The position numbers and the translations under genes are program-made. Below the pieces are notes generated by a model. It saw only the letters and a program-made list of their open reading frames with translations, was not told the DNA's origin and searched no databases. From a virus, in IMG/VR virus record IMGVR_UViG_3300028298_000030, positions 1 to 25,895 of that record: a stretch of 25,895 bases of DNA; one strand, given 5' to 3'. Shown piece after piece: positions 8,363-16,848 of the stretch. Numbering within the stretch: the first letter of the stretch is position 1; each line of letters begins with the position of its first letter.

Positions 8363-9076
8363 TTACCTCCATGCGGGCCCACCAGCCCGCGTGCGTTTGA
8401 AGTTGTCGAGCTGCATCCGGATATCGGGCGTGAACACATCCGATGCCTGGACTTTGAACATGTCCGCCGACTCCTTGGTGCCGATCATCCGGGCGGCGCT
8501 GGCTTCCTGCAGGGCCTTCTTTTTCGCTAGGAAGTTATCGGAGATCTGCTGCGCGATCATGCGGATGGCGTCTATCTCTTCTGAGTCGGAGTCAAACCCG
8601 GCGACGTATACCACCTTGACGTTGTTGTTGCCCTTGGAGGGGACGTTCTGCTCGAAGTAGATGTACGAGAACGAACCCCGGGTTGCGATGCGGAAATCCG
8701 CAGTACCGGGCAGGATACCAACCGCACGCTGCACCCGTGCCGTCCAGCTGGGTGCACTGGTCGCTGAGGCGAGATCTTCCGAAAGAGATGTTACGGAGAC
8801 GACCGGCTGCTCCCTGAGGAGCATGATCCGGTCGCGCTCTGCATATTGCCCGAGATCTCCGGTGGCTCCCCGGCCACTGTGGTACTCGGTGTAGGTGTTC
8901 TGCTCGAACGACGTGAGTTTGCAGTACGAGTTAATCGCGGCTGTGATGGAGTCGATCAACCGGTCGCAGAAGAGCTGCCACTGCGTTGCGGTCATGACCG
9001 CGCCGGACTGCCTGAAATCCGCGTAGCCATACCCCCCGCCGGAGGCTTCAACATCCGACTGCGTGAGGTAGACCAT
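8363..9076 (-). CDS. Head-tail adaptor protein, 237 aa
   Basis: Y.T..DV N-terminus; I..YC..F; E.H.G.G; L...PVVSV.S; V.Y.AG; ends ..QLDNFKR. Located after the capsid genes. Confidence 0.7.
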   Translation of the reverse strand: MVYLTQSDVEASGGGYGYADFRQSGAVMTATQWQLFCDRLIDSITAAINSYCKLTSFEQNTYTEYHSGRGATGDLGQYAERDRIMLLREQPVVSVTSLSEDLASATSAPSWTARVQRAVGILPGTADFRIATRGSFSYIYFEQNVPSKGNNNVKVVYVAGFDSDSEEIDAIRMIAQQISDNFLAKKKALQEASAARMIGTKESADMFKVQASDVFTPDIRMQLDNFKRTRAGGPAWR

Positions 9077-9084
9077 CCATCACC

Positions 9085-9408
9085 TCACGCTTCTTTCACC
9101 GGGACTTCCGGGGCCTCCATGATGCGGCGCACGAGCTCCACGTCATTCTGCGTGTAGCCGTGAATAGACTGTATAGCCCGCTGCACCCGGGAGTATTCCT
9201 CCTCTTCCAGAAGTATGTCGGAGCCTTCAACCAGCTTGATTTTCTGTGCCAGCCGGTCGTTGTTCAGGAGTTCCATGGCTCCGAGTTTCTGGTCGGGATG
9301 AAAAAGGGAGTTCACCAGAGATAGCCTCACATTGTAGGGGGCTTTGGTGACTGCTCCTTTTTCATCGACGCATTCCACAAGATAGGGATCGAGGTTGATT
9401 TTTCTCAT
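9085..9408 (-). CDS. Hypothetical protein, 107 aa (possible fibre assembly chaperone)
   Basis: ATG at 9408 with a GAGTGA RBS; acidic helical LLEEEEYSRVQ; directly follows a fibre-like gene. Confidence 0.5.
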   Translation of the reverse strand: MRKINLDPYLVECVDEKGAVTKAPYNVRLSLVNSLFHPDQKLGAMELLNNDRLAQKIKLVEGSDILLEEEEYSRVQRAIQSIHGYTQNDVELVRRIMEAPEVPVKEA

Positions 9409-9413
9409 GGTGA

Positions 9414-10061
9414 TCACTCTGCCGACATGAATGGAATCCACTTCTTGACGCCATTGATGATTACACGGATAGTCCCGTGCTGCGTTCCAGCTGCGGTGTG
9501 TGTGTAGATCATCTTCCCGGTGCCGTCCGCTCCACTGAATGCGAATGCATTGGCAACCAGGTCCATGGCTGTCGCGGTGGGCACAGAACAGCACAGACAG
9601 GCGTTTGAACCAGAAGGTAACGCTGCGGTTGTGCCCAGAGCATAGAGTTCTGCCATGACACCGTAGTAGGTGCCGGCAGCGATCGCCCGGTTACCAACAA
9701 CGACATTGCCCCTGAGACCGGTTCCAAGCCCGGTGACGTTGCCGTATGAGGTATCGAGTTCAAGCGTGGCGTGATGACCGTGGGCGTTGCCGATGCTGTT
9801 CGTGGCGAGCAGGCATTTTGACCGTGCTGCAATCTGTTCTGACCCGGCACCGTTGCCGAGCAGGCCGATATACAGGCCGTATGTCGTACCGCTGGTGGCT
9901 GTCGAGCTGAACCAGGCAAGGATGCCCTTGTCATCTGCGGTGTTGATGACTACCGGGTCGCTGTAGGAAGTTCCCATCGTGAACTTCTTCATCCCGGGAT
10001 CGAGCGAGAGGGTTTGCCCATCGTCCGATTTCCGGAAGAAATGGGGTGATTGGGAGGCCAT
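9414..10061 (-). CDS. Putative head fibre/virion structural protein, 215 aa
   Basis: Gly/Ala/Thr-rich and beta-stranded; ends G.IRV.ING.KKWIPF as many fibre tips do; lies in the capsid block; GAGGTG RBS. Confidence 0.5.
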   Translation of the reverse strand: MASQSPHFFRKSDDGQTLSLDPGMKKFTMGTSYSDPVVINTADDKGILAWFSSTATSGTTYGLYIGLLGNGAGSEQIAARSKCLLATNSIGNAHGHHATLELDTSYGNVTGLGTGLRGNVVVGNRAIAAGTYYGVMAELYALGTTAALPSGSNACLCCSVPTATAMDLVANAFAFSGADGTGKMIYTHTAAGTQHGTIRVIINGVKKWIPFMSAE

Positions 10062-10073
10062 TGGTCTCTCACC

Positions 10074-10619
10074 TCACGTAAACGGTGTTGCCGCTTCCGG
10101 TAATGGGAGTGCACGCCCGATGGTGAATCCGACGGTCGAGCTGGTGAGCACAATCTGGTTCAGGATTGAACAGCGGTCGTTCTGGGCGAGACCGGTTGCG
10201 GTTGCGGTTGTGCCGAGACATCCGCGCCGGACCGTGAGCGTTCCTGCTGCGGTTAGCGGCAGGGAGTCTGCGATAACCTCAAGGATCTCTCCACCACCGG
10301 TAAGCAGGTAGTAGGGACAGATCCGGGGGTTCGTGCCGGTTCCGTAGAGCATTCCGTCTACAACAATCGATGTGGTGGTTGCTGTGTATGCGGTTCCGGC
10401 GTTGTCAATGTCGCACGGACCATACGTGATGGTCTCGGCCACGTTTGCAGCCGCACCGACCGGAGTCGTGTTTGCCACAACACCGACCACCCCTTTGATG
10501 AGGTTGCCGGATTTGCTCAGGTTGATCCAGTCATGCTGGGTGGCTTTCTGCACCTTGAACACAATCGGCATCACATACTGCAGGTTCATGAATTCTGGGA
10601 GTATTGCATCTGCTGACAT
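10074..10619 (-). CDS. Capsid decoration/cement-like protein, 181 aa
   Basis: Immediately after the MCP with a GGAGG RBS; Thr/Gly-rich; G.EIL.V...LTVRRG.LGT.A motif. Confidence 0.55.
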   Translation of the reverse strand: MSADAILPEFMNLQYVMPIVFKVQKATQHDWINLSKSGNLIKGVVGVVANTTPVGAAANVAETITYGPCDIDNAGTAYTATTTSIVVDGMLYGTGTNPRICPYYLLTGGGEILEVIADSLPLTAAGTLTVRRGCLGTTATATGLAQNDRCSILNQIVLTSSTVGFTIGRALPLPEAATPFT

Positions 10620-10631
10620 TTCTTTTCCTCC

Positions 10632-11948
10632 TTATGCGACCGTGATCCCGAATACTCCACCCTGGAGAGAGTTGGTCGCGTTGCTGTCCGACTTGTCGAT
10701 CAGGGTCTCGGAGAACGAAATGACGCCCCTTGTCGAGGTGTTCAGGTTCCCGAGTTCCTCATAGGTGTCGCCCCAGAGGACCCGGCGGGCTAGGAACGAT
10801 GTGTCGAGAACCATGATGCTGCCGTAGCTGCCGGTTGTGGTCGGCATGAACTGGATCGGAACCATCGGGATCTGCCCGACCGGTGTGACGATATCCACTT
10901 TGCCGAACCCGAACTCGGTCGCCTTGACCTGCTCGGTTCTCCAGAAGTCGTTCATGCCACGGCCTATTACGGCGAAGGTCTTCCAGTCGCAGACTGCAAG
11001 AGTGGGCATCTGACCGTGGAGGACCATGAGGCGGATTGTCTCATCGAGATATGGCTTGATCTTGTCGAGTGTGGCCGCTCCGCCCGCATAAGTCTGGGTG
11101 AGCGAGGCCGCCGTGTTGTTGGTGATGAGCTCGTAGAGGCCGGCATGCTCCAGCGTGCTGGCTGCCACATACGTGGGCGTCATGTTGGTGACGTCGCGTT
11201 CGACACCGATCATGCACCGTTCGCGCATGTTGCGGATGCTCTCGTTCGCGGCGATTGTCCGGATGGACATCAGGTCCCGTGAGGGGTACTGGGTCTGCCC
11301 GGCAACCTTCGCCATCTTGGTGACGCGGATGAAGTGGTACCCGATCTTACAGGTGGATGTCCGGATCGCATCCGTCATGTCGGATTCGACAGCCTGGGGA
11401 TCTTCCGAACCATAGAACGGTTTCCCGGTGCCGGTCTCGGTGATGGCATCCCACTGTGCGATCTTGCCGTGGTTGGCCTCTACGGGGATGAGCGCCTGCA
11501 GCGGATACACTTTCTTGAACAGCATGACAACCTGCTCGTCGGAGTAGTTGTGCATGAGGTTCGAGACACTGGTGGTGCTGGTGGCTTTCTTCAGGGTTGA
11601 CGCCCGGAGCTGCGCATCGATCTCGCTGGCGAAGTCCATCTGTGCTTTCTTGACCTTCGTCCGGAATCCTTCCATCCCGAACGTGTTGTCAAATACCGCT
11701 TTCCGGATATCCATCGGGTCGATGAGATCAATGAGTGGGATCATGACCGCTGCACGCGGATCGGCTTCGATTGCTTCGATCATCCGTTCGTGCGCAGACT
11801 TCTGGATTGCCTGCAGGTTGAAGATCGTATCTCCCTCATCGATGCCGTCGCCCCAGTACGCTCTTGCACGGGACCTGGATTCCTTCACACCGATATTCAG
11901 GCCGGGAATTGTGTTACCATACCCGGTTCCTTTGACAATTGCTGACAT
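10632..11948 (-). CDS. Major capsid protein (HK97 fold), about 438 aa with an N-terminal propeptide
   Basis: Follows the prohead protease; GGAGG RBS before ATG at 11948; HK97-like elements (PLQALIPVE; GL..LI; GQIPMVP..FMP; G.I.F.ETL). Confidence 0.88.
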   Translation of the reverse strand: MSAIVKGTGYGNTIPGLNIGVKESRSRARAYWGDGIDEGDTIFNLQAIQKSAHERMIEAIEADPRAAVMIPLIDLIDPMDIRKAVFDNTFGMEGFRTKVKKAQMDFASEIDAQLRASTLKKATSTTSVSNLMHNYSDEQVVMLFKKVYPLQALIPVEANHGKIAQWDAITETGTGKPFYGSEDPQAVESDMTDAIRTSTCKIGYHFIRVTKMAKVAGQTQYPSRDLMSIRTIAANESIRNMRERCMIGVERDVTNMTPTYVAASTLEHAGLYELITNNTAASLTQTYAGGAATLDKIKPYLDETIRLMVLHGQMPTLAVCDWKTFAVIGRGMNDFWRTEQVKATEFGFGKVDIVTPVGQIPMVPIQFMPTTTGSYGSIMVLDTSFLARRVLWGDTYEELGNLNTSTRGVISFSETLIDKSDSNATNSLQGGVFGITVA

Positions 11949-11952
11949 TTTT

Positions 11953-13125
11953 TTAGCCTCCTTTACTGACTTTTCCGAACCCGGCAACCATTGCTGATGC
12001 TGCCGATTTCATGACCGGTGCCTTGGTCGGGTCCTTCTCCAGGGCCTCTTTTGCGGCTGCCGGGTCAAGGATCACAACTGATGGGCCTTTTGCGGTGCTC
12101 TTCTCAATCGCATTGAGCCGGGTTTCCAGCGTTGCGAGCCGCTCTTCAGCCTTTGCGATACGGCCAAGGTCGGCCTTGGTGATGGTTGTCACGTCGGGCT
12201 CTGCCGGTTTTACGGCCAGCTCCGCCTTCTTGGCACAGGCGGGGCCTTTCTCAATTTTCTCTTCCATATCTTCATCCTCCTTTTTCTTCTCCTCGTCGAC
12301 AGGTTCGGCCTTGTTGAGGCCGATGCTTGCTTCGAGGGATTGGAGACGCTCAACGATCTGCGTCAGGAGCTCCTTGATCTCGCTCCCACCGCCCTCAGGT
12401 GCCGCACCCTGTTCTGTTTGATCGGGGCCGTCACTCGCGTCCTTCATGGGCGGTTGAGGTTCCGTAGTTTCCTCTTTTTTGTCATTTTCTTTGGGGGGTG
12501 CCATAGTACTCCTCTTTTTCGGGTACTTCCCGTCCGTTGTCGGATGGATCATGTTACTGGCAGAATCTGTGGCTTTACCAAGACCCGCCGTGATACTCAT
12601 AGCCTTCATTACCTCTGCGAATGTATTCGGGTTGATGGCGCTCCCGGGCTGGCAGATGGAGATCGAATAGAGCTCCAGGGCCTTGGTGATGCAGGGCTCG
12701 GTCCGCTTCGGTGGGTCGAGTGCACATGATGCTGTGCAATCCACCCGGTCACCGAAGATCGAGAACTGGTAAGGTTTGCCAACCTTGGATGCCTTGACGA
12801 CATCTTTCCAGAATATATCGCAGTCCGAAGTCGGCTTAACGCAGGCTTCCACGTAGAGATTCTGCCCTTTGAACTCAGCTTTCGTGAACCATCCGACCGG
12901 ACGTTCAGTGTGATCGAGATGCATGATCGGGAGCATCATGAAGTTCGGCAGGGCATCTTCCACTGCCTTTTTCAGGATTGTCTCATTCTCCCGGTCGAGA
13001 TGCGGGCCGGTGGCCATACCATAAACCTTCCGCGAATTATCGTCGAGAACGTTCAGGTCGAATACGAAGAGCTGCTTGCCACCCTTGCGTATTTGGAACC
13101 CCGGCCCTGCGGTAGATAAGGGCAT
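11953..13125 (-). CDS. Prohead protease (HK97 gp4/U35-like) fused to a C-terminal scaffold, 390 aa
   Basis: VYG.AT...LDRENE, HLDH..RPVG (His), FSIFG (Ser), EL.SISI....AINPNT; acidic coiled-coil C-terminal half. Confidence 0.88.
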   Translation of the reverse strand: MPLSTAGPGFQIRKGGKQLFVFDLNVLDDNSRKVYGMATGPHLDRENETILKKAVEDALPNFMMLPIMHLDHTERPVGWFTKAEFKGQNLYVEACVKPTSDCDIFWKDVVKASKVGKPYQFSIFGDRVDCTASCALDPPKRTEPCITKALELYSISICQPGSAINPNTFAEVMKAMSITAGLGKATDSASNMIHPTTDGKYPKKRSTMAPPKENDKKEETTEPQPPMKDASDGPDQTEQGAAPEGGGSEIKELLTQIVERLQSLEASIGLNKAEPVDEEKKKEDEDMEEKIEKGPACAKKAELAVKPAEPDVTTITKADLGRIAKAEERLATLETRLNAIEKSTAKGPSVVILDPAAAKEALEKDPTKAPVMKSAASAMVAGFGKVSKGG

Positions 13126-13148
13126 TGAGACATGGGTTTAATAGTGAA

Positions 13149-13167
13149 GCATATTATAGGGGAATGC
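13149..13167 (-). promoter_or_regulatory. Candidate late promoter CATTCCCC-TATAAT
   Basis: The minus strand reads GCATTCCCCTATAATATGC about 30 nt upstream of the protease ATG; a near-identical ACATTCCCCTTTATAATTGG lies at 17351-17332. Confidence 0.45.
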
Positions 13168-13179
13168 CTCAAAGGAGGA

Positions 13180-14007
13180 TTATTTCTTCAAAAAGCGGGG
13201 CGCGAGAGCGCATCTGCATTGGATAATCTGTGCTGCAGGTGCCCCCAGGCTTGAATCGGCGGGATACATCATTTTACAGGCTGGCACCCGGGTGTTCTTC
13301 GATGCCATGAAGGCCGGCACCTCGAACGCTTCATCGACATCAATCACGACACCTTTCATGGCAAGATGCGACGGGCGGGTACGGTGATCCCCGGTAGTAG
13401 GCAGCCACTCTTTAAAGGGTGCGTAATCCTTCGTCCTACTCCAGGCCGCTTCGTTGTAAGATTGCGTACTAACCGTGCGGGCGATTGCCTCTGCTCTGAC
13501 AGCCCCGATGCCGTTGTAGTGCTGCTGGATGATCTCGGAGAACTTCGTGATACCAGCGCCTTTTTTGTCCGCTTCTACGATATCCCGGATGATCTTCTTG
13601 TTCATCTCGCCTGTGAACCCTTTGAGATCCGAGAGTGAAACTGCGGACAGGTTGGCGATGGCTCGTTCATCGGGGCGGGTGAAATTCAGGCCGATATCGA
13701 CAACTCTGTGCTGAGGGCGGGTCTGCGCAACAAGAGTCTGGTGCGTGTTGTCGATACCGCGCCGGTAAGCCTGCAGGACATACTGCTGGATAAGTCTGCG
13801 GCCCGGCTGGTCGATGTATGCGATATTGAGGATCTCCAGCAGCCGTATGAGTTCCCCGATATCGAGCTGCTGCAGCCGGAGCATCGGACGGAGCTCTTCG
13901 AGAGCCTTTGCCCGGGCGTTCCGGATCAGGGCGAGAAACTCGCGGGTGAAGATGTTGCGCACGGGACCGGAGGGATCGGATACTCGCACCGGAGATTTCT
14001 CCCTCAC
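13180..14007 (-). CDS. MuF-like (SPP1 gp7) minor head morphogenesis protein, 275 aa, without a toxin extension
   Basis: RAEAIART; KEW...GD.RTRPSH; G.VI...E.F; MYP.D; I.CRC. Confidence 0.88.
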   Translation of the reverse strand: MREKSPVRVSDPSGPVRNIFTREFLALIRNARAKALEELRPMLRLQQLDIGELIRLLEILNIAYIDQPGRRLIQQYVLQAYRRGIDNTHQTLVAQTRPQHRVVDIGLNFTRPDERAIANLSAVSLSDLKGFTGEMNKKIIRDIVEADKKGAGITKFSEIIQQHYNGIGAVRAEAIARTVSTQSYNEAAWSRTKDYAPFKEWLPTTGDHRTRPSHLAMKGVVIDVDEAFEVPAFMASKNTRVPACKMMYPADSSLGAPAAQIIQCRCALAPRFLKK

Positions 14008-14285
14008 TTCAATGAATTATTTAAGTCTGTTGCTTTTGCCCAGTCCAGAATTTCGACCGAGATAGAATCCAGATACTTTCGGATCTCATCTCGTGTATTA
14101 AACTTTTTCGGGAGAATCCATAAGATAATACGTTCTGAGTAGTTCCAGGATGTTGAGATTCTCTCAGAGATTTGTTCATCCTTCTGCGCCTGCTGAGCAA
14201 TATTCCAGCGGACAAGAAGACGGGCACGACCGTCATCAATCCTGTCCAAAAATATTTCATCCGGTTTTGAGTTCGAATTTGGCAT
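14004..14285 (-). CDS. Hypothetical protein, 93 aa (possible fibre chaperone)
   Basis: GAGGT RBS; abuts the RT-like remnant; overlaps the MuF start. Confidence 0.55.
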   Translation of the reverse strand: MPNSNSKPDEIFLDRIDDGRARLLVRWNIAQQAQKDEQISERISTSWNYSERIILWILPKKFNTRDEIRKYLDSISVEILDWAKATDLNNSLK

Positions 14286-14414
14286 TTACGCTACCTCTTT
14301 TAATAATAACGGACGGATATACTTTCTCTCAAGTCGATACGAATTACACCAGGATAACCACCCGTAATAACTGGCAATGACATTTCTATCTTGTGGGGGG
14401 TCAAACCGTGACAT
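14286..14414 (-). pseudogene. Remnant of a DGR-type reverse transcriptase C-terminus (42 codons)
   Basis: Hand translation: MSRFDPPQDRNVIASYYGWLSWCNSYRLERKYIRPLLLKEVA*. SY.GWL..C.S..L..KY resembles the terminal thumb motif of DGR RTs; it lies downstream of a DGR-type VR. Confidence 0.65.
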
Positions 14415-15016
14415 TACGGCACTCCTTTTCCAGCGAAAAACGACGGGTCTAATTCATACCCCTCCGGGCATGGTTCAAATTTTTTGTCAGATAAAAACCC
14501 CAATCCCCCGGTTTTTGATTTGTAAAAGTAGGGGGCGGTTTCTGCCATATCTAACGCACGACTGATCTTCCTTGTCAGCCACGCCCATCGTTTACCGTTT
14601 TTAATATCATTGATGGTTCTGACGGGGATATTACGATTCCTGCTAATCTGTGAACAGTTCAGGGTTTTAAGGTCTCTCACAATTCCAATAATCATTAATT
14701 GGGTGAGTTTATTATTTCCATTTCTCTCACCAAACGCCTTAACGGTACGTCCTTTTTTTGACATATCTTGCATGTTGTCTTTCGGAGTTCCTAAAAAGAG
14801 ATGCGCGGAATTAATACACATATGATTGTCACAGGTATGACACACCAACACCCCGGCAGGAATATCACCGTATAGTTGTGAATGGATGTACCGGGCGACA
14901 GTCCATTTCTTACCGGATTTCATTAATGTTGGGTATCCCCCGGTGTTCGGTGCATGAGAAGTACAGATATGACAACCATTCTCATTCACTTCAAAGGTTA
15001 TCGGGCGGGTTTTCAT
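14414..15016 (-). CDS. HNH homing endonuclease (HNH_3-type plus a C-terminal HTH-like segment), about 200 aa
   Basis: True start MKTRPIT at 15016; VCHTCDNHMCINSAHLFLGTPKDNMQDM.KKGR; AT-rich. Confidence 0.88.
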   Translation of the reverse strand: MKTRPITFEVNENGCHICTSHAPNTGGYPTLMKSGKKWTVARYIHSQLYGDIPAGVLVCHTCDNHMCINSAHLFLGTPKDNMQDMSKKGRTVKAFGERNGNNKLTQLMIIGIVRDLKTLNCSQISRNRNIPVRTINDIKNGKRWAWLTRKISRALDMAETAPYFYKSKTGGLGFLSDKKFEPCPEGYELDPSFFAGKGVP

Positions 15017-15132
15017 TTCTTTTTCACCCGTCTTTCGGTATCCCAATAAGGAGAATGACATTTCGGACAAATTTTTGGGTGTTTGTCTCCGCGCTGTGCC
15101 CACTCGTGCTTGCATCTGTTGCATTTGTGTAA
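15013..15132 (-). pseudogene. Startless Zn-ribbon ORF (39 aa)
   Basis: LHKCNRCKHEWAQRGDKHPKICPKCHSPYWDTERRVKKK*; CxxC..W..CPKC..PYW pattern; its stop overlaps the HNH ATG; no start codon after the fibre's TAA TAA. Confidence 0.6.
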
Positions 15133-15135
15133 TTA

Positions 15136-16848
15136 TTATCGGTATTCGAGCCGCGAGCCAACATACCGATAGACACATGACGCCGCACTATCCAGATCCC
15201 AAGCGAAAGCGCCCGCATTACCCGCACTACGCCAATCGCCGCCCAGCAGGGCCGAGCGATTTCCGGTTGCCTGATAATAATAATCACAGAGATATTGGCT
15301 GCTGGACCCTCCTACGGTCAATGGCACGAAGAGATAATCGAATGTTGAAGAGAAGACAATCGAGACCCCATAGTTATTTGTTGAAGGTAATGTGAATCCA
15401 GTATCCACATAGGGATGTGCGAAGGTATCTTCAACAAAATCATGGTCTGCAATCCAAGGATTCCTATTGGCTTTGATGTTGATGCCGGCAATCCATTTCC
15501 AGATATTTCCCCAGAAATTCTCAATCCCAAAGATGCTGAATGCCTTTGCTGCTTCTCCGGTCTTGTAGTGCGTAACCAAGGGGCATTCTCCGGAGGTGTT
15601 ACCGAGGTCCACCCCGTTGGTGCCGACCCCTGCCGTAAATCCTGTGTTTATGGCGTTGTTGAACGTTGATCCCGCTGTTGCATCGGTGACTACTGTCACT
15701 CCTGCATAGACCGACTGTGAGTTCAGCGTAGCGTTCCGGATAATGAAAAGCAACTGGACGGCACAGACCGAGTTGAAGTCCATGAAGTTCCAGCCGGTCC
15801 CCCGGTTCTTTGCGAGCTGCCGGATGTTCGGCAATGTTGCCGTTGCATTGTTCCAGCCGCTTAACGGCTTTACACCGGCGATTGAGCAGAGGAGATCTCC
15901 GGTCGTTGCGGTGAAATCCAAGCCACCTGCATCGTTCAGAACGTATCCCCCCGTTCCCGGCGTGGTCTTGGCAATGGTGCATGTCACCCCACATGCAGTG
16001 GGCATAATGACGGTGGTTTTCAGCCCGGTAACGCTGGATGTGTAGGTGAGTTTATCTGCCCCCGTTTTTGCCGGCGTCCATACCGTTTCCTGATAATCGG
16101 TTTTCGCACCTGCTGCCACGATCTTGTCAACAACACCTTCGACGGTATCATCATCGAGGATAGCCACGGTGAAGATATAATTCCCACCGAGGGTAATTGT
16201 CAGATTCCCGGACGATGTTGGTTCTGCCGTTACCGTGATTGTATTGACTTCCGTTGCTGTTGCAGTGACGTCGTTTGCCGATCCTTCAAAGGCCGAAACG
16301 TAGATGTAATCCTTTTCGACCGTGTCCACGACGAATGCCGGGTGGACTTTGTAGCCCGTTCGCGCCACCGGGTATATCGTGAACCGATATTTGTTCGAGA
16401 GTGCATCAACCTTGTAGTAAAATTTCGGGATACGGACCATTACCTGCCCGTTCGAACCGGTGTAGGAGAATAATGGATCTCCATAAAAGGCGGTCACCAC
16501 TCCCGCATTGGAGAGGTTGCATCGTCTGATAGCCCCGAATACTGCATGACTCGCCCAGTCCCCGGCAGACATCGTGATGGCCGCACCAAACTGGTTTACC
16601 AGAGTCAAAGTCGGGCTGGTGGAATCTGTCGCCCACTCAACACCGATCGGTAAATCGAGGGGTGAATAGGGCAAGTCCCCCCATTTTAAACCCGGTGTGA
16701 CCGAACTGTCAGCAATTAAGACCTGTCCGTTCGTTCCGACAGGCAATCTTGTAGCTGAATCCGCCCCAACCCCTGCCGGGAGATCTCCTTTTGCATCCCA
16801 GAGAGGATCGGTCGCAAGCGATCGTGACCTGATGTTGGTCATGATCAA
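15136..16848 (-). CDS. Fibre/receptor-binding protein with a C-terminal CLec (Mtd-like) DGR-target domain, 570 aa
   Basis: N-terminal shaft repeat KGDL...RLPVGTNGQVL.AD; GQVMVRIPKFYYK, HPAF, IYVSAFEG, GIENFWGNIW.W; ends GG.W...AG.F...L......GSRL. Confidence 0.85.
   Translation of the reverse strand: MIMTNIRSRSLATDPLWDAKGDLPAGVGADSATRLPVGTNGQVLIADSSVTPGLKWGDLPYSPLDLPIGVEWATDSTSPTLTLVNQFGAAITMSAGDWASHAVFGAIRRCNLSNAGVVTAFYGDPLFSYTGSNGQVMVRIPKFYYKVDALSNKYRFTIYPVARTGYKVHPAFVVDTVEKDYIYVSAFEGSANDVTATATEVNTITVTAEPTSSGNLTITLGGNYIFTVAILDDDTVEGVVDKIVAAGAKTDYQETVWTPAKTGADKLTYTSSVTGLKTTVIMPTACGVTCTIAKTTPGTGGYVLNDAGGLDFTATTGDLLCSIAGVKPLSGWNNATATLPNIRQLAKNRGTGWNFMDFNSVCAVQLLFIIRNATLNSQSVYAGVTVVTDATAGSTFNNAINTGFTAGVGTNGVDLGNTSGECPLVTHYKTGEAAKAFSIFGIENFWGNIWKWIAGINIKANRNPWIADHDFVEDTFAHPYVDTGFTLPSTNNYGVSIVFSSTFDYLFVPLTVGGSSSQYLCDYYYQATGNRSALLGGDWRSAGNAGAFAWDLDSAASCVYRYVGSRLEYR
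15148..15258 (-). repeat. DGR variable region (VR); template partner not in the window
   Basis: 111 nt with only 10 adenines; 12 codons at the canonical Asn/Ile positions are all NNT (GAT CGT AGT AAT GCT GAT GAT AGT TGT TAT TAT GTT). Confidence 0.75.

Noticed and set aside
15133-15138. Stop-codon recoding (Pyl/Sec) joining the fibre to the Zn ribbon
   Set aside because: The stops are TAA TAA, not TAG or TGA, and two in a row make read-through unlikely.
14414-15178. 254-aa version of the HNH ORF from the track
   Set aside because: The first 54 codons overlap the fibre end and the Zn-ribbon frame; the ATGA-coupled ATG at 15016 is the better start.
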